From contig NMRA01000741.1 in the NCBI GenBank assembly GCA_002633005.1, positions 62,001-126,000 on the forward strand: 64,000 bases of DNA, read 5' to 3'. Below are positions 13,014 to 26,193 of the stretch, piece by piece. The notes under the pieces are model-generated. The model was not told the origin of the DNA and did not search any database. It saw only the letters and a program-made list of their open reading frames with translations. The first letter of the stretch is position 1, and every line of letters begins with the position of its first letter. A program made the position numbers and the translations under genes. The stretch is from Phoronis australis (taxonomy: Eukaryota; Animalia; Phoronida).

Positions 13014-13171
13014 CAGTGGCGGATTTAGAGGGGGCCAAGTGGGCCATGGCCCCCTAAAATTCTCCCAGATTCCACGTGGCAGTTCAGTGGAGGTGCGAAT
13101 GTCTGACGGGCAAAATCCTGGCTAATACTCTGCCGTGGCCCCCCTAACTCAAAATCCTGGATCCGCCCCTG
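13014..13171. mobile_element. 158-bp hAT-type MITE
   Basis: TIRs cagtggcggatttag / ctggatccgcccctg with internal ggcccc repeats. No intact 8-bp TSD. Confidence 0.7.
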
Positions 13172-13689
13172 CTAACAACGAACAGCACGAGCGCCAGATG
13201 GCCGCAGTACGAACAGCACGAGCGCCAGTTTCCGACGATTCAAACCATTAGACTGATTTTTTTCTTTAGGAATCGCATCCGTTACGTAAACGTTTGGAAA
13301 GGGAATCGTTCGCAAATTTCCGATATCCGTTAAAACAGATGGTAGCTAGGTTACTCTAAAATACTAAGTTAAAAAATCTCGGTGGTTACCCTTATCTTAG
13401 TCGTTAAATGAGTTTGAAAACATTTCAACGTGGACTAAATTGGGAATGAACATTTAGTGTCCATACCCGCCGTACATTTTTAGTGAACAAAATGTGGTTA
13501 GCACTTTTATAGCCGGTGCGGCGCCTTGACTATGCAAAACGCCTTGGTACCGTACTGAACTCAGTGGACATGGATGTGCCAATTGTTAAAGTGTGAAAAC
13601 GGAGAGCGTAATATCGAATTGTCGCTCAATTTTTTTGCATACCGTCACACGAGAACCATTCTCACTACAGTTAGGTCTACGCACAGCTG

Positions 13690-13820
13690 GAAGTGTGCCT
13701 GTCAGGAACTCTTGTGTCTTTGAGTACGTTGCTTTTGGGCACCGAGCCGCCGGGTTCACCTTGACAAGTCAGGCCTGGATCGAACCGGCATTGTCGGGTT
13801 CCCGGAGTCAGTAAGTGATC
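13690..13820 (-). mobile_element. tRNA-derived SINE fragment
   Basis: ggatcgaaccggc is the reverse complement of a Pol III B box (GGTTCGATCC). No complete cloverleaf. Confidence 0.4.
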
Positions 13821-13982
13821 GATAACGGAGTCGAACGAAAATGGCAAGTTGTTTACTTACTGATGTGCTCCAAGAGCACGATGCTCGTTCATAGAGTGTA
13901 CTTCCCCTCATGAGTGTCGGTAGGCCCCTCAGGCCCGCAAGAGCCTCAGTGAACGGGCATACTATCGGGCATACTAGGTAAA

Positions 13983-14136
13983 GTGAAAACGTGCACTTTA
14001 AAATGTGTCTGTCATTGACGGTGAAATCGACACATTTCGTTTCACAACTAAAACCCACAAAAACTTGCTGATCGCGAAATGAAATGTGTCGATTTCACCG
14101 TCAATGACAGACACCTTTTAAAATGCGTGTTTTCAC
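13983..14136. repeat. Long inverted repeat (~63-bp arms, 28-bp spacer), MITE-like
   Basis: gtgaaaacgtgcactttaaaatgtgtctgtcattgacggtgaaatcgacacatttc pairs with gaaatgtgtcgatttcaccgtcaatgacagacaccttttaaaatgcgtgttttcac. Confidence 0.85.
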
Positions 14137-16408
14137 AAAATCGTGCCACTCTGACTACTAGACTGAAAGTCCCCTTTTTGACAAAAATCAACTCTTGATT
14201 TAGGCAACTAACCGTTGTAAAATAGTCTCATTTTACCCAGATGGTCACCCTTTGATTATTACCCAGGCTTGACATTTTTTTAAGATTAGGCTACAACCGT
14301 TTGACCATTCAAGGAGTTAGTCCGGCACCCGGCGCCAGTTGGAGTCGACGCCGGGTCGGGTGAATGATTCATCTGTGAACTGGGCAAGGCGCCTTCTTAC
14401 ATTTTTGCCAATAGATGTCGGGTCGTTTTATTGAATGCGAGACGCGTTTCCTAACTGAGTTGTAGCTTTACTTGAAAAACTTGCAATCGCTGTTGGTAAG
14501 TTGTTGACGCTTTTCTTAAAAAAATGTCGTTTTCTACGATCCATTCACGATACTTTATCTCGGATTCAATGTATACCTTGTAAAGGAGCAATCATTTTTT
14601 AAACTTTAAGTGAGAAATAGAAAATCTGTACAAATCTGTCGATTTTCTTTCATCGTGGTACCCGGACAGCCAGATGATGAGACAGTCAGTTTGTTCTCCG
14701 CTTTCGTGATCACCATTAATGCATTATCAATAATCATTCATAGTGATCTAGCGACATAGCAACAGAGTACCATTTTCGGCTGTATGCTGTAGCGGCGGGT
14801 ACTCGGTCACTCTGCTTGAATATAGAATTCCAATTGATCTCTAGCCTTGGTACAAAGCTGGCTAATTGATCTCAAGATTGTAGCCGTGAACGTTGATGCT
14901 TGATTGTGCACTGCTGTAGTGTGGCCAGCCAGCTAGGTACCACTGTTTGTTGGGCTCTTGCAGTCGTCGAAACAGTACACAGACAACGTAGTTCTGGTCG
15001 TCACCTCGACGTGAAACTGGTATCAACATGTGGAGCTGAGACCAGTGAGGGTGCATGCAAAATCTGGGCATCATTCGACATCACCTTGCCCATTACTCAT
15101 TAGGCATATACAGTTGGGTACCATCATTTCCTAAATTTTTGCAACATCTCGCAAGAGATGATGACAGCTTCCCAGCAGAAAAATTTGTTTTGAAATCTGG
15201 TTTGCTGGTATCAAAATCCTAAAATCTTACAACGAAGTGAAACTTGTTCCAATAATTTGTTATGATATGTACACAACCTCGTTGAAGGAAAAAACAGTTG
15301 ATTGAGGAATCAGTGAAAAAAGAAGCTGGCCAATACGTGACGCAATATTTTAAGGAGCCAAAAGCCAATGCAAAAGATCTCACCTTAATTTTAGCAGCAT
15401 AATATCAGTAGAACACCTATTTTTCCAACACCGGTAAATAATTAGCTCAGTCAAAAAAGAGTAGTTTTTATTGATCGACAATAAGGTTTTGTCAGATTTT
15501 ATCTCATTCTGGTCAGTTTTTTACCCACATCAAGTCTACACTTAAACACGTTACAATAAAATAAATAATGTAAATTTCAACCAATACTTATTGGCGATCT
15601 TAAAGGAGAAAATGAGTGATCATGGAGCCAATAATTTTTTAAATTAATTACACTTAAGGTTCACCTCATTGCTTTAACCAGTGTTAACATAACATACCGG
15701 TATAATCCCTTACGTTATACTTCCTTGTAAATTCTGAATTTTTCTGCAAAAGCTTAGATGATGTAATACCAATTACAGTTGGCAGAAGGTCCCAGGGATG
15801 AGTCCCGGTTGGGGCAGAAGTTTTGTAGACTTATATTCATTAGGTAATGAGATTTAGCCACAGATGATGTGCTGACCAGACTTTAAAATGTTTGCAAGAA
15901 CAATTATCGTTGTTTATCCCCATAAACAACTAGGCCTGGATCCAGGTTATGTCCAACAGAGCAAGTGTCACGAAAAATAATTTTCAATGGGAAATAAGTT
16001 TACCAGTTTGTAGAACTTCCCTGAAACAATAAGAGTTAAGTAAATGGGTACCACTTATCAATGCTTAACTTTTGCAACTTTAATCAGTTTTATAGATGGT
16101 TATTCACTTGTGTATTGAATTTTTGTGAGTGACCTACATTTATAAGTAATCTGAGTCAGAGCTCGGAATTAATTTGGTTTCAACCTATTACTAATTTGGT
16201 GCAAAAATAATCTCTGCAATGAATGATTCTGGGAAATGCTGACTTTTCTTCATTCTTCAACAAAGAGAGAAGTGATACATGTGTAAGAGCGATCAGGAAA
16301 CTTGTTTTCCGGGGAAACTTTTAACCTGTGACACCGGCTGCTACTGCTTCAAACATCAGATACAGCTGCACGTGTCACATGCAACATTCGTATGATCGAG
16401 GCTACTGA

Positions 16409-16555
16409 CATGGGCAGCACAGCACTGAAAAACGTGGGGGCTATAGACCCCCACCCCAGCCCCCCTGTGGTGCACCGCCCATTGACCATGGGTGGTGCAG
16501 CAATGATTAAAGTGGAGGCTATAGCCGCCCAGCCCCCTGTAGTTCGCCGCCCATG
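16409..16555. mobile_element. Two tandem mini hAT-type MITEs (CATGGGCGG.. / ..CCGCCCATG ends)
   Basis: catgggcagcacagc...gcaccgcccattg is followed by catgggtggtgcagc...tcgccgcccatg. Both contain ggctatag. A related piece lies at 24690-24743. Confidence 0.55.
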
Positions 16556-18135
16556 ACTGACAACCCAGCTCGAGTATAATTTTCTGTCCCAAACAGTCAG
16601 AGACTAGAACAATAGCGACATTACTACACTTTTTAACCATAGAGTTTTATTGATTAATGAACCCTGATAGCACAGTCAGTGTTAATGTCTCAGGACATGT
16701 CACTCCAACATCAAGGTCAAAATCTGACAATGGGTGTAGGCCCCAAGGGCATTTTTGTATTCCACCATTATTAGTCCATCAACGTAAGCTGTTGGCTTAT
16801 GCCAAAGGCAGTAGGTTGGTAGTCGTCCTTGATGACTAATGCCAACTGAAAGTTATCTCCCAGCTGCCAGCCGCAGATAAGTCTGAAGTGAAAGTATTCT
16901 GATAAACAGAAAACCCAACAGAATGAGGCTTAGTTGTCCATATTTAACTTTTGACCTTCTGGATGTTTTTTGATCCTTGTGCTGTTGTCTAATGGGCTTG
17001 CAACTCAAGTTACAGACAATGTGCACATGCGTTATTTTCAAATTCACAATTTTATCACTGGATAACCCCAATAAACTCTGATTAAAGTGTTTTCTTGATT
17101 TTTTTTATTGTTTTGATATTCTTGTTGGCAATGGAAATAGAATCCTATCATGTTAAGAAATATTTTGAGGCCAATTTTATGACAGTAAAAGACTGGATTT
17201 GATTTTTATTTTTAGCCACTAAACAGCAGGGTGAAATGCAGCTTTATATTCAATCGTATAACCACCTTGATGTACTTGGCCACATGCTAAAAATGTCCGA
17301 TGCCAGCCACATTTTCTTATGATAGTGTCACAGCTTATTTTGCATGGCTGACATACATGTGTATCATGGGTCTGTAATTAGTCTATTGTTCATAGGTAAT
17401 TTTTTTCAGATATTTTTAACATGATGGTACATTCTTAAATACTGAATCAGTTGAGCATTCCTAAACAGGGATATTGTCCTTCTGCTTTGGAGCAACAAGA
17501 ACAGTCATGTTGCCTCGCCCAATACGTGTACTAGAACACTTGTTACCTGTGTAGGCTAGCCTGGCTGCAGGATGATCACGACCATAGGGGGCTGATTATG
17601 GGCGGACATGGGCCCCAAGGACAATTTCATATTCCTGCGGCGTTACCCCTCTACAAAATGGCTGAATGAGGGCCACACCCCCTTCTGGATCCTTGAACAT
17701 GCATACCTGACAAGATAGATAATTAAGTATATTCAAACTGGAATAAAACAAGTGAAGAAATGTTCCTGCTGAAGTAGTTAATGAACTCCTATTGGTCCAT
17801 GCGAATTAAGAGTTCCTAATTTCACAGATCACTAAAAAAATGTAACAAATGGTTGACTTCCATGAACCATTAATCTACCATTTTCAAAAATGGCATTGTC
17901 TTGGGCTTCGATTAGTATGATGAACTTTACGTAGGTAATCAGTGACCTGTGCATTGTTTTAAGGTTTGTGCACTTGCTGAATATAATTCCAATTGCTTAA
18001 TGAGTCATCAAATGTTCTATCTTTATCCAAACTTTTCCCTTTTATATGTGGAATATTGATTTCTTGTTATCAGGTCAGTTTTTTTTTCTCAGCCAGGAAG
18101 AAGACACTAGCAGAGTTTTTTCTCTGCCTGTCTGA

Positions 18136-20696
18136 ATGCAACTTCTGATTACAAGTTTTGCTGTGATGAACCTTCTGCGGGCTGTGTCCAGTCAATGTAA
18201 ACCAGACTCGCCAACAAGCAAGCGACTGCAGGAGTCATGCACCAAGGACACACGTAACTACCCGAAGAAGTTCACTGAAGAAGAGCTCAGAGAACGCTTA
18301 ACTTCTCTGCAGTACAGGGTGACACAAACTAGAGGCACTGAAAGGTAAGGAACTGAAGCTGCGTTCCCTAAAGTGCTGTAGTCACATGACAGATCAACTC
18401 CTACCTGATCACACTTGACATAGTAGTGTTTTACTACCAGTTTTCTGCGCACAGGTCTATCTTAAGAATTTTCTGCAGATATGTCTAAGCTATACATTGC
18501 GGGGAAAGTACTAATTATAGATTCCCAAGATTGCCTGTAGTTTCAAAAAAAATGTGTACTAAAATTGTAACTAAAGTAAAATTTTCAGCTATGTTAACTC
18601 CTAGCTGTAGTGACAAATATACGTGACAATGACTCTTGGTTTTCAGTTTTGATGCACCCGAGCATATATTCGTCACATCCAAGTATACGCCCATTTTTCT
18701 AAATGTATGTCTGGGCTTGTTTGCAAAAACTCTTGATGGTTATTGTCTATGGAAGAAGTTGAGCTATTTCAAGAATTTGAATTGTGTAATTAATCTTTTG
18801 TATTGTCATGCTATTGACAATGATGCTAATTAACAGTCGGTTTTAGCAATTTCTTGCCATGTTTGGTAGGAACATACCCATTTTTTTACGTAGGCAGATG
18901 TTAAATGGACATTTTGGTTCACATGCGTTTTTATTGTGGTATTTGTGTACAAAAGTATGTAATTGTCTGGTCAGGTAAATGGCCATGCCGACTTATGTAA
19001 ACAGGCATACTCTTACTGACACTCACCTCTTGATTTTTGTATTTCCCTATTTAAGCACATTGAGTATTAATGTGTCCGAGTACAGTGGAAACAGTTTGAA
19101 CATTTGTAACAAGGTAATAAGCCTTTGAAAAGTACTGTCACTTCGTCAGAGGCTATTTTTGTGTCTTTTAAAAAGCTGCAACCAAGGTAGCCCAAATTTT
19201 TATGGGTGGCTATTCATAAGTCAGATGTTACTTTAATATGTTATGACATGATACATCTCAACTCCTATTTCAGTCAATTCAGTGGCGAATACCTGAAAAA
19301 GAAGGATGATGGTATCTATGTCTGTGTAGTCTGTGGTAATATACTCTTTGACTCCAACACCAAGTATGAGTCTGGCTCTGGCTGGCCGGCGTTCTGGGAT
19401 GTGGCACAAAAGGGCAACGTCCAGCTCGTTCAGGACAATGACCACGGTGGGTGATCGATGGATTGTAATGGCTGATACACTAAGTGTGACTTTGTATGTG
19501 TGCATTTAAGCCAATGTTGCTTTATCCAAATTTAGCCATGTTTGTAGTGAATGTGCGAAACTCTTGAGTTCAGCTAAGGAGCAAGAGAGCATGTGAATGA
19601 AACAAAAAAAAATGTTAGATGTTGATGAGTTTTCAACTCGAGGCAAGTTAGTTAAGTGAAACGTAATAGGGCTGGACAGATGAACAAAAACGTCCTATTT
19701 GTGACGTGCACTTGTAAAAACGACCTCTGCTGGCAGCTATCGGTTAAGTTTAGACGCATGCGCCTGTGTTCAAAACATTTTTGCAAAACCATGTGGTGGG
19801 ATGGGCTGTCGCCATTAGGGCGTGTCACTATTCATATGCTGGTGTCTACTTAAAGCTATTTCTTGCCTAATCTTTGATAGCTAAATGCTCGTGTGGGTTC
19901 TGTGGATACTTCATAGTTTGAGGAAGTCTTTAATCGGAGTTAGTGAAGTGTGGCTGTATCGTTGATAAACATTCAATATAAAATTGAACTGCAGTCGCTG
20001 GTCTTATTTTTTACTTTTGAATTGCGAATCCCTGACATATATTTGAAAAATTTCTTCATTTCGGATATGGACTCTGGGTTCCAAACTATTTGCTTATTAC
20101 GGGTAGTTTCATCAACTGACTTCCAAAACTGTCAGCTGTCACAGATGTGCAGTTCTTAGGATTTGGTTATCTTCAGCTGTGATTCATGAGAAACTTGAGC
20201 CTGGTGTGGCTCGTGAATCCTCGTGTTCGAATATCAACAACTAGCACTCTGCTACAACGCTGCCCTGAAGTAAATTTGCATTCCGTTTTACAGTGCGGAA
20301 AAAATTAACAGAAAATAATTACGTTTTCCAATCACGACAAGCAATGACTGGTCGTGATTTTGACCCTTCATGTCTCATTGTGACTCCAGCTACTTGGACT
20401 GGGACTTTTGTTTACACTGAGCGGTCATGTTGGAAATACCTGTTCATTCTGTCGTAATTGTTTTTTGGCGTGTGCTGTAATCATCATTGGGTGTAACCAA
20501 AACCTGCATTTAATGTTTATGTTAATCAATGCTGATAGTTCTGTCTTGCATTGCAGGCATGAGAAGGATTGAGGTCAAGTGTGCATCGTGTGGTGCCCAT
20601 CTTGGTCACGTGTTCGATGACGGACCTCAGCCAACTAAGACACGGTACTGCGTCAACTCGGCATCTCTCAAGTTTAAGAAGCACACCACTGTATGA
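18136..20696 (+). CDS. MSRB3: Methionine-R-sulfoxide reductase B, MSRB3-like, Zn-binding Cys form, 173 aa; exons 18136-18344, 19274-19446, 20557-20696
   Basis: GT-AG exons total 522 nt in frame. The protein has [59 protein letters not shown] and catalytic RYCVNS. GTES.F.GEY and the N-terminal leader resemble MSRB3; MSRB2 vs MSRB3 orthology is not certain. A possible upstream non-coding exon ends at 14495 (G|gtaag). Confidence 0.92.
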
Positions 20697-21454
20697 TTAG
20701 CTTGCTGATACGGTCACCATTGTGATATTAAAACATACTGAGGGGTTTTTTAATTAGGAAATGGGTATTTTCAGTTATGTAAGGCTAGGAAATGTGATAG
20801 GTTGTTATCAATGATTGGTCATTCATTTAAGTCTGCTTCACTTGTAAGTGTCGCCTCACTACCCTGATGCAGTGTTGTTGGGAATATGAGTAAGTGTCCA
20901 ATTAAGTGAGAAAGTCAACATTTTTTGTTTTAACTTAATTATTAAAAATGCAAATATTTGGTAAGACCGAGAAAATGTAGTTAGTTCTGGTCCGTGGTTT
21001 TTTTGAAAATCTGAGTCGGTGGTGCAATAGTTTTTTAATTTCTCACTTTTTTAAAAAAGAAGAAAAATTCACCTTTACAGAAACAAAGCTGGTGCAGTAT
21101 GTTTTTGTTTCATTACTCATCGCTTGGCAAATCCTAAAACCTTTCTTATCCTTGCCTACATGCCTTTTTGAAGTTTTACAAAAAAAACACTGCTGAAATT
21201 GAAACAGGCCAGTATTTTTGTGTTTTTTAGTTGCTGCATGCAGGTCTCGAAATGAGTCAGCTAAAGACCAGATTCAAAGTTGCTTTTGTGGCCTAATCTC
21301 TCAGACTCACTTAATTTTACTTGCTGTTCCCCTATCCTTGACTTGGTATGCACCAGTGTTGAGCAAACGTAATGACAGACACAGTCTTTGCTCAGTAGCG
21401 AGACGATTATTGTTTTTCTCAATTGAAGTGAATGCATTAAGTTATGTGGGCCAA

Positions 21455-21603
21455 ACAGTTGTTGGGCCAACTGTTTCACGTCACAGTTGTTTGGCCAACT
21501 GTGTCACATCACAGTTGTTGGGCCAACTGTGTCACGTCACAGTTGTTGGGCCAACTGTGTCACGTCGCAGTTGTTTGGCCAACTGTGTCATGTCACAGTT
21601 GTT
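21455..21603 (+). repeat. 28-bp minisatellite, ~5.3 copies, each unit self-complementary; in the probable MsrB 3' UTR
   Basis: Unit acagttgttgggccaactgtgtcacgtc, with an internal stem acagttg/caactgt around a 6-nt loop. Confidence 0.95.
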
Positions 21604-24600
21604 ATGTACACACTTGTTTGGTCATGGGCCTGTTTCTCGAAAATTCTATAGCCAAAGTTTGGTTTTTTGGTCTTTTGACCTTGGCTTTTAGTCTGCTCGT
21701 AAGCAGACCACATATTTCTGTCTTCAAATTGTTGAAAGTTTTTCTCTTAGCCTTAGCCTGATTTCCCTATATATAAAGTGGTTTTTCCACTGTTATGCAA
21801 AGTCTATAAGCCAATTTGCCCAGGTTGCTTGTGTTTTATTTCTGTGCATTTTGTCACTTTTTTGGAACTGCAGATTTGTGAGCTCACATTTTTTCATGGA
21901 TTTGGTGTTCTTGGTCATATATGCCTAGTCTAAAACTTATTCTAAACGAAGGGAAAGATTTTTTATGCAAGTTACATTGTACTTTGGATTTTCATCTAGT
22001 GGGGATAAAAGTAAGTTGTTCGATTACATACAGGGGTAAAATGTCATACTTTGAAGACTTTCAAGTGGATGTGTGTCATTGCTGATTTTATGTAACACAG
22101 GGTATTGAGTGTTTCAGCACACTATACTCTATTTATTTACATCAAATAATTCACAATTCATTTTTGCCTTTTTGTGGTTACCATCTCTGAATTTTCATGA
22201 ATATTCACAATTTGTTCTTCTCTTGGTCATGTATCTCCAGTGTTTTTTGACACTGTTTGGTGAATTAGGATGACTAGCTTTTGAGGTCATAGAAATTTTT
22301 AATGTGTCATTCTACTTTGCCATGAATTTCTACTTTGCCCTGAATATTTAATGAACTGTAGTCTCTAATCTTGTTTCTGTTATAAACCTGAAGTACTGTT
22401 GATGCATACACGTTTCATTGAAAACTCTGAATCCCCGATTTTGGTGAATGCCATTCTTCTGTTTGCTTTTTTGGAAGAAAAATGTTTGATATTGTATGGG
22501 ACGGAATTTATGTTTCTTCTTATGCCAGGCTTAATTATACACAGCGCACATTTTACATATACTTATCTGTTTGGATGTTGTTAGTGTTTTAGTCAAAAGT
22601 TTGTTCCTTGTTATTAGTTGCAGATGTTATGCTTTTGGGAGTCAACTTCTCACAGTGCTGTTCATTCATTGAATTTATTTAGTGTGATTTTGTTTTGTAT
22701 GAAGTCAATTTTCAACAGAAGCCTTTTGAATTTTTCTCTACAGTATATCCAATCCTAGTAAAAATAAAATTCTGGGGTCTGCTTCGTGAAAAGTGATCTA
22801 AGCTGTTAATTCAGGTCTTGTGCTTCACTCAACCATTTCTGAAAAATAATTATGTCTCTCTTAAGCAAAAGTAAAAAGTCTCTGAAAAAATATGATCGTT
22901 TATTATTGAAGTATCTGTGTATAAATTATTTCTAGGTTGTAATGTGGTAATAATTACACAGCTAAATCTTTATACAGTAATTGGGAAGTGGGTGTGCATG
23001 ACCTAAGTTTTGTCTTAATTCTTGACTCACTTTTCACGAAACTGGCCCCTGGTGGTAATGTAAGTAATTAACATCATGTGAACTCTAACTTTAGTAAAGT
23101 AAGAAGATAAGTCAAAAATGGAAATTTTGAAGTTGTGGTTTCCATTAATTAACTATTATTTCTGAACTATTCTGTAATACTCAAAATAATTTGTGTAAAA
23201 CTTGCCTTACTATTTAGAGGTGCTAAATATTCGATAACAAAAACATATTACGATGACCATTCTGTTTTATATTGACACTGGTTTTCATATTTGTTAGTCA
23301 AATATAAAAACAAAGTGAATGAAAAATGATTATTAAGTGTAGCAATACTTATACAGTTTCATTTTTAGTTTATTTGTTGATAATGCTGAACATGGTTTTT
23401 CAAGTGGTTATACTGCAGTATGTTGTTTTGTGAATATTGTGACAATCAGTCATTATTCAGCTTATTTACACAGACAGCTTGTTACTGATGTGTCCCTTAG
23501 AAACGGTCAAGGTGGTGAGTGGGAAGGGAATATTAAGTGCTCATCATTATGTGATAATCTGGTCAAAATGTGTGTTTGCCCTCTAGAAGACTATCTTAGC
23601 TTAGAACTTTGGGTAGTTTTTGGTAATTGAGATGAGTAAAATTATTTATTACATCTATCACAGTGAAAGTGAAATATTCTAGTTGACTCTGCATTGTACT
23701 GATTCAGAATAGCTTGGAAGTAATCAAAGTTGCCAAGTGAGCCTTCATTCCTTACAAAGGTGCATTTTTCAACAACCTTCTTCAGTCCTCATTTTGTTAA
23801 AAGTTGTTTCCACAGCACTTTGCCAACACCATTATGAGATACATTTAGTTAACACGACCTGTTATTTTCGCCTAAGTGTGATATTGTGTTTTGTAGTTTT
23901 ATTTTGCTTGCTTTCTACTTTGTAGGAATTATTTAGTTGGGTTTCTTATTTGAATATTGTTACAATTATTACTTTTGGGAATGTTTCATGTGTTTTATAC
24001 ATACGGAATTAGTGCAATTATCTTAAATAAACATTTCAGTTGTTCTTGAGCAGCCTGTTTTATGTAGATCGCTATTGGGAGGAGTGGCATAGGTCGTTAT
24101 GGTGTATATATTAATGTCTCCCCAAAGTTTGACTCCTGTTACGATTATTGAAGGGAAGGGTATAGCCTGCTTTTGAAATTAGTTGCCCTGACTAGAGACA
24201 TGGAACTTCAAAATCTGTTGTACAGTATTTTTTGGTTTTATTAGAAAATAACTAGGTATGTTTTTCGCTGTCCCATAGAATTAAATGAAATCCAGGCGAT
24301 GGTTAAATAAGCTTACAACACTCGGCTACTTGTTACATTTGTTTTTAGTCCACCAATGTGGTCCCATACGTTTTGGGTCTCTGATCCAACCAAACTATCC
24401 ATGAGCTGCTGAACATTTCAGGTATTTGGCCCAAGATCTAACGGGAATTTAAAAAAATTCTTAATAGATAATGAAATCTCCAATCACAGACATACATGAG
24501 GATAGGTAAACAATTTTCAACCCGCACCACTTTCCAATTTCGTATGTAGGGAAAGTAAGATGCGGTATCTACAGAGGTATTACAATTTTAACTAAAAAAG

Positions 24601-24660
24601 TGTGTCTATTACGTTTTCCAAGCAATTTTTCAAGATACTTTGATTCCTAGACAACAATAA

Positions 24661-24743
24661 CTGGCCCCCCCTCTAAATCCGCCACTGGCTGAGGGGGCTA
24701 TAAGCCCCCCCCCCCCCCTTTTTTCAGTGCTGCGCCGCCCGTG
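24661..24743. mobile_element. hAT-MITE terminal fragments
   Basis: ctggcccccc..ctctaaatccgccactg (24661-24687) is the reverse complement of the 13014 terminus. It is followed by gggggctataagcccc...gctgcgccgcccgtg, from the 16409 family. Confidence 0.55.
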
Positions 24744-26039
24744 CAAGAGCGGTAAATTCTAGAATAGTACAGTAACAAACAATACAATTTCACCGACACA
24801 GATATCAATGACCCCAATGAAAGGTTCTCTCGGTTCACGGAGAACTTCCCATCAGGAGCGGCACTCTTCGAGACTTTCTAAACATCGAGATTGAAAGCTT
24901 TTACAACTATACTCGGAGCTGCTTAACGTTTGCATATGTAAGAGCTATGCTACGTGTTTAGGATCCCATAGTGACGGGCCCTAAGGGACATGGGGTATAG
25001 GACATCACTGTAATAGTTTTGAAGGACGTGGGTACTGCGCGGCAGCTGAGGATTTGGTATGCCTAATTAACATTACTGAAACGGACTGTTTCGGTGAGAC
25101 CTTCTTGTGTCAAAGGTGAGTTGCCTGTCGGAAGTGTTTATAGTCGATCTAATGAGCTGTATTCCTCGGAGTCACTTCTCAGTTTTGTTCTGAAAAACTC
25201 AGTTCCCTTCAGTTCCGTATAACTATATGCGGAAAACGTTCAATGGGGCTTAGAAAAATATTTTATTTTACACAGTGCACTTTTCAAAAAGTCACGCCAT
25301 AAATCATGTACTGTCGCGAGGCTTGGCCGGTGTGACTTTGAAACCAAAAGGGTGGATGTTGTGCATGCGAATTAGGTGCCTAAATTTCATTGGCATTGCA
25401 GTTTTATTGCGAAACCTTTGTGGGGCAAATTAATTGTTTTCAGTTTGTGAAAATTCACTTTCAATGGTGTGAATTTGGTAATTGCGGTGCAGATTAATTC
25501 TTAACATTGTAAATTCATTCTTGACTTAATTAATTATTTACGTGCGTAATTGCGACACCAATATAATTCAAGCGCCGCTTCAATCGTACGCTGCGCAGTG
25601 TGCGGCATTTCGGGGGGGAAACGTGAATTGGATGGTTTAGCGAGCAGTTTTAACGGTTATAACTCGGTACATATAAACCGTGACGTCTGCGCAGCTGTAA
25701 AGGTTAAAGCTCGACGGCCCCTGGCATCCGCACCTGACCGGGCTCAAATTGTGACTGATTTGTACTTTAAGTTTCTATATATTTCATCTTGTTACGACTA
25801 GGGTCCAAGCATTTGAGTAGACAGAAGGGCATCTAAGAAAAAATCGCCCAGGGCATCACCAACTCCACGATATTGAGCCCTTACGCCTGAGTGCAAAGCT
25901 CACTTATATAGCCGAGTCTTTCAAGTGCGCACCAGCCACTCGACTGACCCAGCCATTCCAGAGTTTACAAATTAGTAATTTCTTTCTTTATCACACGAGG
26001 CACCACTATCGCCAAAAGGGGTCGCTGTCACAAAAAGCG

Positions 26040-26193
26040 TGGCGCGCCATCTTGTCACGCAAGAATCACGAAGAACGAATGAACTTGAAAGAAAGTTAAT
26101 TTTTTCACCAATATAGTGTTTTATAATCAGTAGCGTGTATTCGAATCGTACCCAAAAATTACGTTCAGTGGATTTGAATTAATCCTGGTGAGT
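26040..26193 (+). promoter_or_regulatory. Probable ABCE1 promoter / non-coding first exon
   Basis: CpG-rich patch with YY1-type cgccatctt (26045-26053) and a strong donor ctg|gtgagt at 26187/26188. The ATG exon has its own acceptor tttcag at 27497. Confidence 0.5.

Noticed and set aside
20694-20696. Selenocysteine read-through of the MsrB TGA
   Set aside because: The catalytic residue is already Cys (RYCVNS), the TGA lies after the complete domain, and I saw no convincing SECIS.
21455-21603. CRISPR-like palindromic repeat array
   Set aside because: The spacers are only ~8 nt and nearly identical, there are no cas genes, and the context is eukaryotic. It is a minisatellite.
21218-21761. 157-aa and 105-aa ORFs downstream of MsrB
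   Set aside because: They stay open only because of the 28-bp repeat, and show no protein-like features.
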